A stretch of 64,000 nt of DNA from Shewanella sp. (lineage in GTDB: Bacteria; Pseudomonadota; Gammaproteobacteria; Enterobacterales; Shewanellaceae), in contig JAOIUG010000007.1 in assembly GCA_028223395.1 (NCBI GenBank), positions 45-64,044 of the forward strand. Direction: 5' to 3'. Below are positions 20,085-29,295 of the stretch, one piece after another. Made by a program: the position numbers and the translations under genes. Each line of letters opens with the position of its first letter. Position 1 is the stretch's first letter. The notes beneath the pieces are model-generated. The model was not told where the DNA came from and searched no databases. It saw only the letters and a list, made by a program, of their open reading frames with translations.

Positions 20085-21815
20085 ATGGCGATACCTCGTG
20101 ATTTTATCAATGAGCTAGTGGCTCGCACTGACATAGTCGACTTGATCGACCCTAAAGTGCCCCTAAAGAAGGCGGGTAAAAATCACTCTGCCTGTTGTCC
20201 TTTTCATAGCGAAAAATCTCCCTCTTTCACCGTAAGCAGAGACAAACAGTTTTATCATTGCTTTGGCTGCGGCGCACACGGAAATGTGATTGACTTTGTC
20301 ATGGAATATGACCGGCTCGATTTCGTGGATGCAATTGAAGAACTCGCAGGACAATTAGGGTTAGAAGTGCCTCAAGAACAAGGCACCGGTAAGCCACGCG
20401 ATCAAGAGCTAAGTCGTGATTTATACCAACTGATGGAAGAATCGAGCTTATTTTTTCAAAGTCAGTTAAGGCAACATCCAGATAAACAAAAAGTGCTTGA
20501 TTACTTAGCCCATCGTGGACTTTCAAAAGAAGTCGTCGAGCATTTTAATATTGGTTTCGCACCCGATGGTTGGGACGGCTTATTAAGCCGATACCGCCAA
20601 AACCAAGATTCACAGAACAAGTTACTCACCGCCGGCATGGTCATCGAAAATGACAGCGGCAAGCGCTATGACAGGTTTCGCGATCGATTAATGTTCCCCA
20701 TCAGGGACAGGCGCGGCCGAGTGATAGGCTTTGGTGGTAGAGTCTTAGGAGAAGGTACGCCAAAGTACTTGAATTCTCCAGAAACGCCCATATTTCACAA
20801 GGGTAATGAACTTTATGGGTTATACGAGTTAAAACAGCGTTATCGTGATCCACAACAAGTGCTCATTGTTGAAGGTTATATGGACGTGGTGGCACTCGGG
20901 CAATTTGGCGTCGACTATGCCGTTGCCTCGCTAGGTACTTCAACTACCGCTGATCAGTTTCAGCTATTACTGCGTAGTGCAAAAGAAGTGATCTGCTGTT
21001 ATGACGGCGACAAAGCAGGTAAAGAAGCTGCTTGGCGCGCACTTGAAACCGCCCTACCGCTGTTAAAACCAGGTAATCAAGTTCGCTTCATGTTTCTACC
21101 TGAAGGCGAAGATCCTGACACTTTAGTAAGGCAGATCGGTAAAGAAAAGTTCGAACAAAATATTAGCCAAGCCATGGCACTTCCAGAGTTTCTCTTTGAG
21201 AACTTAGCGAAAAAATTTGGTAAAGAAGACAAAAGTGTTCTGGCAAAAAATGCCATTAAACTGATAGAAAAAGTGCAAGACACTGTATTGCAGAGTCTGC
21301 TGCTTGAAGATTTAGCACACAAGCTAAGAATGAACGGTGCTGATGAGCTTAAACGAAAATTTAACTTTTCAACTAAGACGGCCGATAAACCTAAACAGCA
21401 CAAAGCGTTGAAAGGACGTGGTACCCCATTGCGACTAGCCATTGCATTGTTAGTACAGCATCCGCGCCTAGGTGAAAAATTACCTGAGCAACTCGCGCTA
21501 AAACACGTACAAATGCCCGGCATTGATTTGCTAGCCCTTGTACTGGATTTAACTCGCGGCAAAGTAATGAGCAGCGCACAACTACTTGAACAGTTCAGGG
21601 GCGATAACCAAGTCAGCACCCTAAAAAAACTGACCCAATGGGATCATCAAGTGGCGGATGAAAACTTACTTAAAGAGTTAAAAGGCACCTTAGTGTGGTT
21701 GAACAACCAGTATCTTGAGCAACGCTACCAAGAACTGAGTTTAAAAACCAACCTCACAAAAGATGAACGATTACAGCTAAGCAAACTAATTTCAGTGATG
21801 AAAAGTAAGGCGTAG
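20085..21815 (+). CDS. dnaG: DNA primase
   Basis: CPFHSEKSPSF/CFGC zinc finger, KYLNSPET, TOPRIM VEGYMDV and YDGD. Confidence 0.98.
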   Translation: MAIPRDFINELVARTDIVDLIDPKVPLKKAGKNHSACCPFHSEKSPSFTVSRDKQFYHCFGCGAHGNVIDFVMEYDRLDFVDAIEELAGQLGLEVPQEQGTGKPRDQELSRDLYQLMEESSLFFQSQLRQHPDKQKVLDYLAHRGLSKEVVEHFNIGFAPDGWDGLLSRYRQNQDSQNKLLTAGMVIENDSGKRYDRFRDRLMFPIRDRRGRVIGFGGRVLGEGTPKYLNSPETPIFHKGNELYGLYELKQRYRDPQQVLIVEGYMDVVALGQFGVDYAVASLGTSTTADQFQLLLRSAKEVICCYDGDKAGKEAAWRALETALPLLKPGNQVRFMFLPEGEDPDTLVRQIGKEKFEQNISQAMALPEFLFENLAKKFGKEDKSVLAKNAIKLIEKVQDTVLQSLLLEDLAHKLRMNGADELKRKFNFSTKTADKPKQHKALKGRGTPLRLAIALLVQHPRLGEKLPEQLALKHVQMPGIDLLALVLDLTRGKVMSSAQLLEQFRGDNQVSTLKKLTQWDHQVADENLLKELKGTLVWLNNQYLEQRYQELSLKTNLTKDERLQLSKLISVMKSKA

Positions 21816-21930
21816 ATCCAAACGCAGCCTCACAGTCAACACTTGGACTAGCACAGCGAAGCACCGAAGGCTATAATTAACGACTTGCGCGGCTTTTTTA
21901 GCCCGTCGTTTTAACTGTTTCCCAACTTGG

Positions 21931-23769
21931 ATGATATCTATGGATCATACTCCGCAGTCGCAACTTAAATTGTTGCTTGCCAAAGGTAAAGAGCAAGGTT
22001 ACTTAACCTACGCAGAAGTGAACGATCACCTACCTGCAGACATGGTCGACTCTGACCAGATCGAAGATATTATCCAGATGATCAATGACATGGGTATTCG
22101 GGTCTATGAACAGGCTCCCGATGCTGATGAAATCATGATGTCTGAAGACAGCACCGATGATGATGCTGCCGAAGAAGCTGCTGCCGCGTTAGCGACAGTG
22201 GAAGCTGAATTAGGTCGAACTACTGACCCAGTGCGCATGTACATGCGCGAAATGGGCACCGTAGAGTTACTGACCCGTGAAGGCGAAATTGTTATCGCCA
22301 AACGAATAGAAGAAGGGATCAACACCGTACAGGCTTCAGTGGCAGAATACCCACAAGCCATCGCCATGATCCTAGAGCAATTCGATCGTTACGAAGCAGA
22401 AGAAGTCAGACTGTCTGACATCATTTCAGGTTTTGTCGATCCTAATGCTGAAGACGTTGCACCAACTGCAACTCACGTCGGCTCTGAGCTGTCTGATGAA
22501 GAATTAGATGACGAAGATGATGAAGATGAAGACGACGAAGAAGAGGAAGGTCCAAAAGGGCCAGATCCAGAAGAAGCCAAAGAGAAATTTACTACGCTTC
22601 GCGTTGCTCATGAAAGAGCATTAGAGATCATCTCTATCAAAGGTCGTGGCCATCCAGAGTCTACTGTCGCCCTTTTTGAAATCGGCGAGATCTTTAAAGA
22701 GTTCCGCCTAATGCCTAAGCAGTTTGACCGCTTAGTCAAAAGCATGCGCGCCATGATGGACAAAGTCCGTGTTCAAGAGCGTTTGATCATGAAGCTTTGT
22801 GTTGAACAAGCGAAAATGCCTAAGAAAAATTTCGTCAAGGTATACACCAGCAACGAAAGCAGCATCGAATGGTTCAATGAAGAACTCGCCTCAGGTAAGC
22901 CATACGCAGAAGGCCTGAAAATGGTCGATTTCGACGTTCAGCGTTGCCGCGCAAAACTTGACGCGATTGAAACAGAAACAGGCCTCGCCATCGGCGCGAT
23001 TAAAGATATTAACCGCCGCATGTCTATTGGTGAAGCCAAAGCACGCCGCGCCAAAAAAGAAATGGTCGAAGCGAACTTACGTCTCGTGATTTCGATTGCT
23101 AAAAAGTACACCAACCGTGGTTTACAGTTCTTGGATCTCATTCAAGAAGGTAACATCGGTCTAATGAAAGCAGTAGATAAGTTTGAATACCGCCGTGGTT
23201 ATAAGTTCTCAACTTACGCGACATGGTGGATCCGTCAGGCCATTACGCGCTCTATTGCTGACCAAGCAAGAACCATTCGGATCCCAGTGCATATGATAGA
23301 GACGATCAACAAGCTAAACCGGATCTCTCGTCAAATGCTACAAGAAATGGGCCGCGAGCCATCACCAGAAGAACTGGCTGAGCGCATGTTAATGCCTGAA
23401 GACAAGATCCGTAAGGTATTGAAGATTGCTAAAGAGCCAATCTCAATGGAAACACCCATTGGTGACGATGAAGATTCGCACTTAGGTGACTTTATTGAAG
23501 ATACCACGCTTGAGCTACCACTTGACTCTGCAACTGGCGAAAGCTTACGTAATGCAACGCACGAAGTTCTTGCTGGCCTAACCGCCCGTGAAGCGAAAGT
23601 ATTGCGTATGCGATTTGGTATCGACATGAACACCGACCACACGTTAGAAGAAGTGGGCAAACAGTTTGATGTAACGCGCGAGCGTATTCGTCAAATTGAA
23701 GCTAAAGCGCTACGTAAGTTGCGCCACCCTTCTCGCTCAGAGATTTTGAAGTCGTTCCTAGACGAGTAG
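21931..23769 (+). CDS. rpoD: RNA polymerase sigma-70
   Basis: [33 protein letters not shown] and [17 protein letters not shown]; start may be ATG 21940. Confidence 0.99.
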   Translation: MISMDHTPQSQLKLLLAKGKEQGYLTYAEVNDHLPADMVDSDQIEDIIQMINDMGIRVYEQAPDADEIMMSEDSTDDDAAEEAAAALATVEAELGRTTDPVRMYMREMGTVELLTREGEIVIAKRIEEGINTVQASVAEYPQAIAMILEQFDRYEAEEVRLSDIISGFVDPNAEDVAPTATHVGSELSDEELDDEDDEDEDDEEEEGPKGPDPEEAKEKFTTLRVAHERALEIISIKGRGHPESTVALFEIGEIFKEFRLMPKQFDRLVKSMRAMMDKVRVQERLIMKLCVEQAKMPKKNFVKVYTSNESSIEWFNEELASGKPYAEGLKMVDFDVQRCRAKLDAIETETGLAIGAIKDINRRMSIGEAKARRAKKEMVEANLRLVISIAKKYTNRGLQFLDLIQEGNIGLMKAVDKFEYRRGYKFSTYATWWIRQAITRSIADQARTIRIPVHMIETINKLNRISRQMLQEMGREPSPEELAERMLMPEDKIRKVLKIAKEPISMETPIGDDEDSHLGDFIEDTTLELPLDSATGESLRNATHEVLAGLTAREAKVLRMRFGIDMNTDHTLEEVGKQFDVTRERIRQIEAKALRKLRHPSRSEILKSFLDE

Positions 23770-23837
23770 TCTTAACAAAAAGGCGAGTAGTCTTGATAAA
23801 GACACCACTAGTCTCAAGATAGATTCAAAACTCACTT

Positions 23838-23865
23838 AAAAAGCTGCCTTCTTGGCAGCTTTTTT
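23838..23865 (+). terminator. Intrinsic terminator after rpoD
   Basis: AAAAGCTGCC-TTCTT-GGCAGCTTTTTT. Confidence 0.85.
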
Positions 23866-23948
23866 GTACGCAGTAGCTTAAAGCAAGCTCAGATTGATTA
23901 ACAGATAAGCAGTTGAACCGTTAGCGCTAAAATCATTGTAAAACACGG

Positions 23949-23977
23949 GTGACAAGCGCATTTAAACCTCGTATACT
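23949..23977 (+). promoter_or_regulatory. Probable sigma70 promoter of the tRNA gene
   Basis: GTGACA-17 bp-TATACT, ending 36 bp before the tRNA. Confidence 0.55.
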
Positions 23978-24013
23978 TCTTTTCGCTTTCGGTAGTGACG
24001 ACTATCCTAAGTC

Positions 24014-24090
24014 GGCCCCTTAGCTCAGTTGGTTAGAGCATACGACTCATAATCGTCAGGTCCCCAGTTCGAGTCTGGGAGGGGCCACCA
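24014..24090 (+). tRNA. ileX: tRNA-Ile2 (anticodon CAU, lysidine-modified)
   Basis: GGCCCCT acceptor stem pairing with AGGGGCC-ACCA, D arm AGCTCAGTTGGTTAGAGC, anticodon loop CT-CAT-AA, GTTCGA T loop; resembles E. coli ileX, which also lies near rpoD. Confidence 0.93.
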
Positions 24091-24099
24091 ATACAGATG

Positions 24100-24133
24100 A
24101 GCCGTAGTAGGTTAGTACCTACTACGGCTTTTT
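24100..24133 (+). terminator. Intrinsic terminator after the tRNA
   Basis: AGCCGTAGTAGGT-TAGT-ACCTACTACGGCT followed by a T tract. Confidence 0.85.
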
Positions 24134-24417
24134 CGTGTCTGGAGTTCTGTGTAGCAAATATGTAGCAGACTGAGGTTACTTAAATAGAAGTTATTGCGAG
24201 AGGAAGTTTGGAACGATTCTCAGATTAATGTTTGCTAACTATCTCTATACATCACACTTATTCGCCCCGATTTAGCTATTGCTCCTCTCTAATCATAATA
24301 TAGTCGATGATGACTAAGCCTCCTAAAGAGCAATATGATGCGCCTTAGCTGCTTACAGAGAGACCTAGATAGTTGAACACGCTTAACGGTCTAACTGAGT
24401 AGTTACAATCAGTTATA

Positions 24418-24543
24418 CGGTAACGCCGAGTTATGTAGTGAGCAACGCCTCCACCTAACCTAAACCATTGCGCCTTAAACACAAAACCCAATTTGAACTG
24501 AAAATACCAAGCGTTGGGAATCTGCCTTAAACGCTTGTTATGT
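24418..24543 (-). other. Integron attC site of the long Vibrio superintegron-repeat type (~126 bp)
   Basis: Minus strand ACATAAC-AAGCG-TTTAAGGCAGATTCCCAACGC...GCGTTGCTCACTACATAA-CTCGGC-GTTA: R'' and R' cores, L boxes and the CAACGC/GCGTTG inner repeat. Confidence 0.85.
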
Positions 24544-24985
24544 TCGTTACTCTACGAATTTCGCATAAGCCCTTTCATCACATAGTTTTTGCCAAACATC
24601 TTTAGAAATCACTTTGCTTATGTACCCATAATACCCCCAAGTTGTACTTAAGTTTTCTTGCCAACAAGCATCACAACTCAAAGCATGATATGGCACAGTG
24701 CTTTTGAGTATATCTTTACATACATCGTCTAAGGTTCTAGGTTGGTTACAGTAACAGCTAAATTTGGGGCCTCGTTCACGATGAAATAGCTATCCAATTT
24801 TTCGTTGGTAAAGCTTGGGGTAATACTTTTTAAGTCGTTGCTCGGCGGCATCTTGAATGCCCAAATGACCAGTGTTTATAGCATTATCACGAATAACAAA
24901 AAGCCTTTTGGAATCATAATCATATCTACCTTGATTTATGTATACTCGCATATCTGCCATTCTTGAATTCCCCCTGAGAACATAA
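24424..24985 (-). mobile_element. Solitary integron gene cassette
   Basis: Begins G/TTATGTTC (24986-24978); its attC begins with the exact reverse complement GAACATAAC (24545-24537); one ORF fills the space between. Confidence 0.8.
24547..24960 (-). pseudogene. Cassette-borne hypothetical Cys-rich protein (137 codons) with one internal TAG at 24790-24792
   Basis: AGGGGG SD then ATG 24960 (MADMRVYINQGRYDY...RKIG*); the same frame stays open for 80 more codons (LFHRERGPKFSCYCNQ...SCDACWQE...AKFVE) to TAA 24549-24547 next to R''. Confidence 0.8.
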
Positions 24986-25143
24986 CGCCCTAATAATGAC
25001 ATTTAAAGTAAACTAGAAACATTATAAAACAATGACTTACCTTGATTTCAAACAACCCACTCACTATGTTGTAGCGTATATCTAGCACCCTGAAATTTGA
25101 ATAAATATTATGAAATTCTTCAACTATAATTACACAATTTATC

Positions 25144-28100
25144 TTATGGCCACCATATTGAAGCTTCTTTCATCGAATCTCTAAAACACACCAATAGTTG
25201 CTCTCCACCTAATTCATATAGGTAGTCTAGGTTGTTCGTGATAAATGCTAAAGCTTCTTGCCTAGAAGCTTTAGAATGCCTACTTAATAATATAGGTAAA
25301 AGCTTAATTTTATTTTGCTGATTAACAATTGGAAAAAGGTTTGAAAAAATACGACTTTGCCCTTCAACATCTATTACTTCAAATACAGTACTTATCAGCT
25401 TATCAATTAATATATCATCTCCAACATCAGGTCTTTTACTGCTGCTTGATATACTTCCCAGTATCTTAGCTTTAAATTCATAACCTTCCGAATAAGCATA
25501 GTCATCTATAGATTTATTCATAAACTCATATGTTCTCCCATTCAAACTTAAAACTAAGAGCAAAGATTTTTTATATTCTTTTTCCGTTTGAAATTCACTT
25601 AATAGATTAACTGCATTCTCAAAAATTTGATGGTAGTACTTTTTAGGTGCATATCGGTTTATACTTAAATATGCTTGAAGTTTATCGCTAGGAATATCCA
25701 GACTATTAGCGATATCCAATGCTTTTATATATAAATTATCATCATTTGTAATTTCACCCAGTAGTGACAATAATCCACACTTTTGAGAGCCATCAATTTT
25801 GGCTTCGATTTCTATAGTATAACTATCTACATACTTTTCTTTATCTTTAAAGTTGACATCTTTTAGCAAATAGAGTTTACCTTCAAGTTCAGTTTCTAGC
25901 TTAGAAGCTAAATAAAACAACTCTAATTGATCGTCTTCTTTCAAGTATTTTTTTATGCAGTTAAAATATAGCCAAGATAACCTTTTCCAACTTTTCATTT
26001 CATCATTTACGGACTTCAAGATATCAGAATAAGTTTCTTCATCCACTTCCCCCTCTATTAACTCACATAACTGCCAGTAATATTGAACTTTGATATCACT
26101 TCCATAATTAAGTTTTAGAATACTTTTAAGTTCTTCAATATACATTTCTCTTAAAGAGGAGCCTCTGACTTTTATAATAGATATCAATGCAGTAAGCTTT
26201 TGATGAATGAAAGATATTGAACAACATATATTAAAGGCATCCTCGAGTGCACTATTTTTAAAATCCAAATCTTTTGTAGTATTTGCTATAGACGTTAAAA
26301 AAGATATTTGAGAGGATTCATCTTCGATTAACTCTGAAGCCATTAGGGCACGATTAACAGCATCCTTACATACCTTTTCATCATTTAAAAACTCTAAAAG
26401 ATTGGTGATAGCATGAGTTTGGTTATTTCCAGAAGGTAACTTGTTAATAGCATTTAGAATATTATTTTCTATTTCTTCTGACATTCCTATTTCAATTAAT
26501 ATATTCCTAAAAATCTTATATAAATCTATAATCACACCTGATTCATGGTAGTGAACCTCACGCATGGAGGCTTGTATGAGGTATTCATTAAAGTGAGTTG
26601 AAAAAGTAGTAACACCTTCCTCAATTGCTAACTTCATAAATGTGCATAGAAATAAAGCAACTTGAGCTTCATCTTTATTATATGTTTCTGCACTATTAAG
26701 TTTGGATGTTACTCTCAACACTAAATTTGCGTGAATAGTCAAAAGATTAACTAACTCAATAGGAGGTAAAGAATTACTGTTAATAATCACACGTTTAATT
26801 AAGTGCATTCGAGAACGTAAATTTTTTTCTGTTTCAAAATCATGTAAAAAATTAATTCTATAAGTACAAGTGCTGAATGCCTTTGAAGTAGCATCAATCG
26901 TTTCAAACTCATTTTTTATTTTTTTAGCATATACATCTAAATCATCAAGCTTAGAGACCAAATATGTTTCATCTATACCCATTAGGCTTGAGAGTGAAGT
27001 CGATAGACAAGGCTCTTCTTTATATTTATTTAGCTCTTTTATGATCTCACCTATCTTTGATTTGTAGCTCTCGTATTGAACAGTGTTCAATTGTTTCAAG
27101 AATGATTCATATTGTATTTTTTTATTTTTGATATTAGGAGATAGCTCTATCATATTTATTGCCGTTAATGTTTGCTCTGCATCGAGATATTTAGCAACTT
27201 CAATTAATGGTTGAGGCTTATTTTCATTTTGGAGAGTGTCTATTTGCTTTAATGATTGGCCAACTGTCATTAAGTTATGCTTAATGGCATAAGAGCGCAG
27301 TTTTGGAGGTGTATTTCTCCCCATACCATTGATAGAAGATGAAAAAATAGTACATTTCCCTATAATCGAATAATAATCTCCTTTAGTTAAATTGCGTAAA
27401 TCATACTCTTGTTTAGCTTTAGAAATAACTTCTTCAAGTTCTCGAATAAATCCCAAGTGCCTAGATTCACTAGCTAAATGAGCCTTACGCCACCCATTGC
27501 AAATCAATTTTTCAAATTGGCTTAATTTTCCATCATTATCTTTCAAATGCTGGCTGTAGAATTGCAGCAGATAAGAAGAGACATCCTTAGGCATTACTTC
27601 TTCTGAATCAAGTTTTGAAATTGTTTGGCTGCCCCACCTAAGAATTGAATTTTTGGTTTCATCTATTCTTCTATTGTTTTTGAAATATTCTTCACGTAAA
27701 AAAATCCCAAACAATGGATGACTTAATGCATAAGCATTGGATACACCATCACCTATTATGAATCGTTGAATAGGTGCTAACTTGTCTCCTTCTAAATAAA
27801 ACGGCTTATCAAAAATTATTGAAATTATATCTTCTAAATCAGTTATGTACATAGGAGCCATAGCACACGAAAAAACAGCTAACAGTGTGGTTATATCATC
27901 GTCAAATGGAATATCACTATTGTATTTTTTTTGGTCATACATCCATTTTTTAAAATATGCTTCAAAGCCTGGAGCAACTGTAGCTAAGTTTTCATGGGAT
28001 GTGAGCACACCGTTTTGAGCTGAATATAATAAATCTGTAATGTACAAATTAAGAAGAAGAGGCTCACCTTTAGTTAGCCTAAACAGTTGAATTACATAAC

Positions 28101-29295
28101 ACTCAATTAGTGATTTATCTATGGGTTGATTCTCAACATTAATAAGTAGCTCTCTCACTCCATTTAAATTGAGGAGAGGTACTTCCATAGTTTGAACATG
28201 CTTATCTTTCCAACCTAATTGTTCTAACCAATTGGATGAGTCCTTATCACTCAATATACGTGCGCTAGCTATAATTCTTAAGTTAACATTCAAATTATTA
28301 GAGAATAAGTTCTCACTAACTTCCCAACCTGTAGCTTCATCTAAACCATCGATTACTATTAAAACTTTCTCTTCTGACTTTTCTAATAGCTCAAAATACT
28401 CAGCAATCTTTTCTTTGTAATACTCAACAGGATCATACTCACTTGCTACAAGTGTAACTTTAAGAACTCCAGCCAACTGAACAGCTAAAGATTCAAAGAA
28501 CATTATCGGTTTATTAGTTTCATAGCGGAGACTAATTGGCATAAAACATATAGGCCAATCTAAAGAGATATTCTCTAACCAATGGAGCAACAGAGCCGTC
28601 TTCCCTCTACCAGCCGGAGACGTTATAAGAAAGTTTTTAGGTGAATTATCATCTATAAGCCAATTATTAAGTGAGTCAATTTCGGTTTTACGCCCACCAA
28701 AAAAAACATTTTTAGCTGAATTGTCTAGATAAGAATCGCGAAACCTTTTAATCCTCATTTTATAATCGCTTGGAACTCTTCTTGTTATGATGTGGATACG
28801 ATCAAATTGTTCAAGGAAATATTCATAAACGATGTTTAAATTCTCGTCATCTAAGGAGTTTATTTTTTTTATTAGGTCTCTATAATCCCAGATGTCGCTT
28901 TTCGTATCGATGTAGTGATTAATATCCCCATATTTTTTATCTTTATGGTGCGACTTTCTAACAATATTGAATATTATTAATCTGTCGTATTCTTTATATA
29001 ATTCTTTTTCAATGAATTTTTGTACGGTATGTTTAGTTTTATTAGGTGTTTTAGTTGAGGTTATTTGAATAGCTATACGATTTATAGAATCACCTAGATC
29101 AATCGAGGCTGAATTAGCCTGCTTAAAATTAGTATTTACTAATTTATAGCCGTAAACAATATTAAAAAGGCGACAATAAAAATCTTCCGCATATATGTTT
29201 ATGTCTGTTAAATTCAAAGTAGCCTTGATTTCTATCTTTGATCTCAGCTCTCCTAATTTATCTGTTATGTAGTCAATTTGTTTAGAGCGCTTCAT
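25144..29295 (-). CDS. SMEK-like nuclease + STAND (NACHT-like) NTPase + C-terminal helical/TPR-like repeats; candidate NLR/Avs-like defence protein, 1383 aa
   Basis: N-terminal DINIYAEDF..YGYKLVNTN..IDLGD..IAIQITS; FGGR pre-Walker motif, Walker A SPAGRGKT, Walker B IVIDGLDEA, GEPL (GxP), SHPLFGIFL winged-helix motif; helical C-terminal half ending WWP. Confidence 0.8.
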   Translation of the reverse strand: MKRSKQIDYITDKLGELRSKIEIKATLNLTDINIYAEDFYCRLFNIVYGYKLVNTNFKQANSASIDLGDSINRIAIQITSTKTPNKTKHTVQKFIEKELYKEYDRLIIFNIVRKSHHKDKKYGDINHYIDTKSDIWDYRDLIKKINSLDDENLNIVYEYFLEQFDRIHIITRRVPSDYKMRIKRFRDSYLDNSAKNVFFGGRKTEIDSLNNWLIDDNSPKNFLITSPAGRGKTALLLHWLENISLDWPICFMPISLRYETNKPIMFFESLAVQLAGVLKVTLVASEYDPVEYYKEKIAEYFELLEKSEEKVLIVIDGLDEATGWEVSENLFSNNLNVNLRIIASARILSDKDSSNWLEQLGWKDKHVQTMEVPLLNLNGVRELLINVENQPIDKSLIECYVIQLFRLTKGEPLLLNLYITDLLYSAQNGVLTSHENLATVAPGFEAYFKKWMYDQKKYNSDIPFDDDITTLLAVFSCAMAPMYITDLEDIISIIFDKPFYLEGDKLAPIQRFIIGDGVSNAYALSHPLFGIFLREEYFKNNRRIDETKNSILRWGSQTISKLDSEEVMPKDVSSYLLQFYSQHLKDNDGKLSQFEKLICNGWRKAHLASESRHLGFIRELEEVISKAKQEYDLRNLTKGDYYSIIGKCTIFSSSINGMGRNTPPKLRSYAIKHNLMTVGQSLKQIDTLQNENKPQPLIEVAKYLDAEQTLTAINMIELSPNIKNKKIQYESFLKQLNTVQYESYKSKIGEIIKELNKYKEEPCLSTSLSSLMGIDETYLVSKLDDLDVYAKKIKNEFETIDATSKAFSTCTYRINFLHDFETEKNLRSRMHLIKRVIINSNSLPPIELVNLLTIHANLVLRVTSKLNSAETYNKDEAQVALFLCTFMKLAIEEGVTTFSTHFNEYLIQASMREVHYHESGVIIDLYKIFRNILIEIGMSEEIENNILNAINKLPSGNNQTHAITNLLEFLNDEKVCKDAVNRALMASELIEDESSQISFLTSIANTTKDLDFKNSALEDAFNICCSISFIHQKLTALISIIKVRGSSLREMYIEELKSILKLNYGSDIKVQYYWQLCELIEGEVDEETYSDILKSVNDEMKSWKRLSWLYFNCIKKYLKEDDQLELFYLASKLETELEGKLYLLKDVNFKDKEKYVDSYTIEIEAKIDGSQKCGLLSLLGEITNDDNLYIKALDIANSLDIPSDKLQAYLSINRYAPKKYYHQIFENAVNLLSEFQTEKEYKKSLLLVLSLNGRTYEFMNKSIDDYAYSEGYEFKAKILGSISSSSKRPDVGDDILIDKLISTVFEVIDVEGQSRIFSNLFPIVNQQNKIKLLPILLSRHSKASRQEALAFITNNLDYLYELGGEQLLVCFRDSMKEASIWWP

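Noticed and set aside
23763-23794. Duplicated CGAGTAGTCTT at the rpoD stop as an att site
   Set aside because: The 11-bp copies are only ~20 bp apart with nothing between; a local duplication
24014-24090. tRNA-Met call from the CAT anticodon
   Set aside because: The acceptor stem GGCCCCT/AGGGGCC and the position near rpoD fit tRNA-Ile2; it lacks the initiator C1:A72 mismatch and GGG/CCC anticodon stem
24790-24792. Programmed amber read-through (pyrrolysine) in the cassette ORF
   Set aside because: No pyl genes or other support in the window; a nonsense mutation or sequencing error is simpler
24790-25002. 70-aa ORF with the listed start at 25002
   Set aside because: That start lies outside the cassette junction; ATG 24960 has a proper SD
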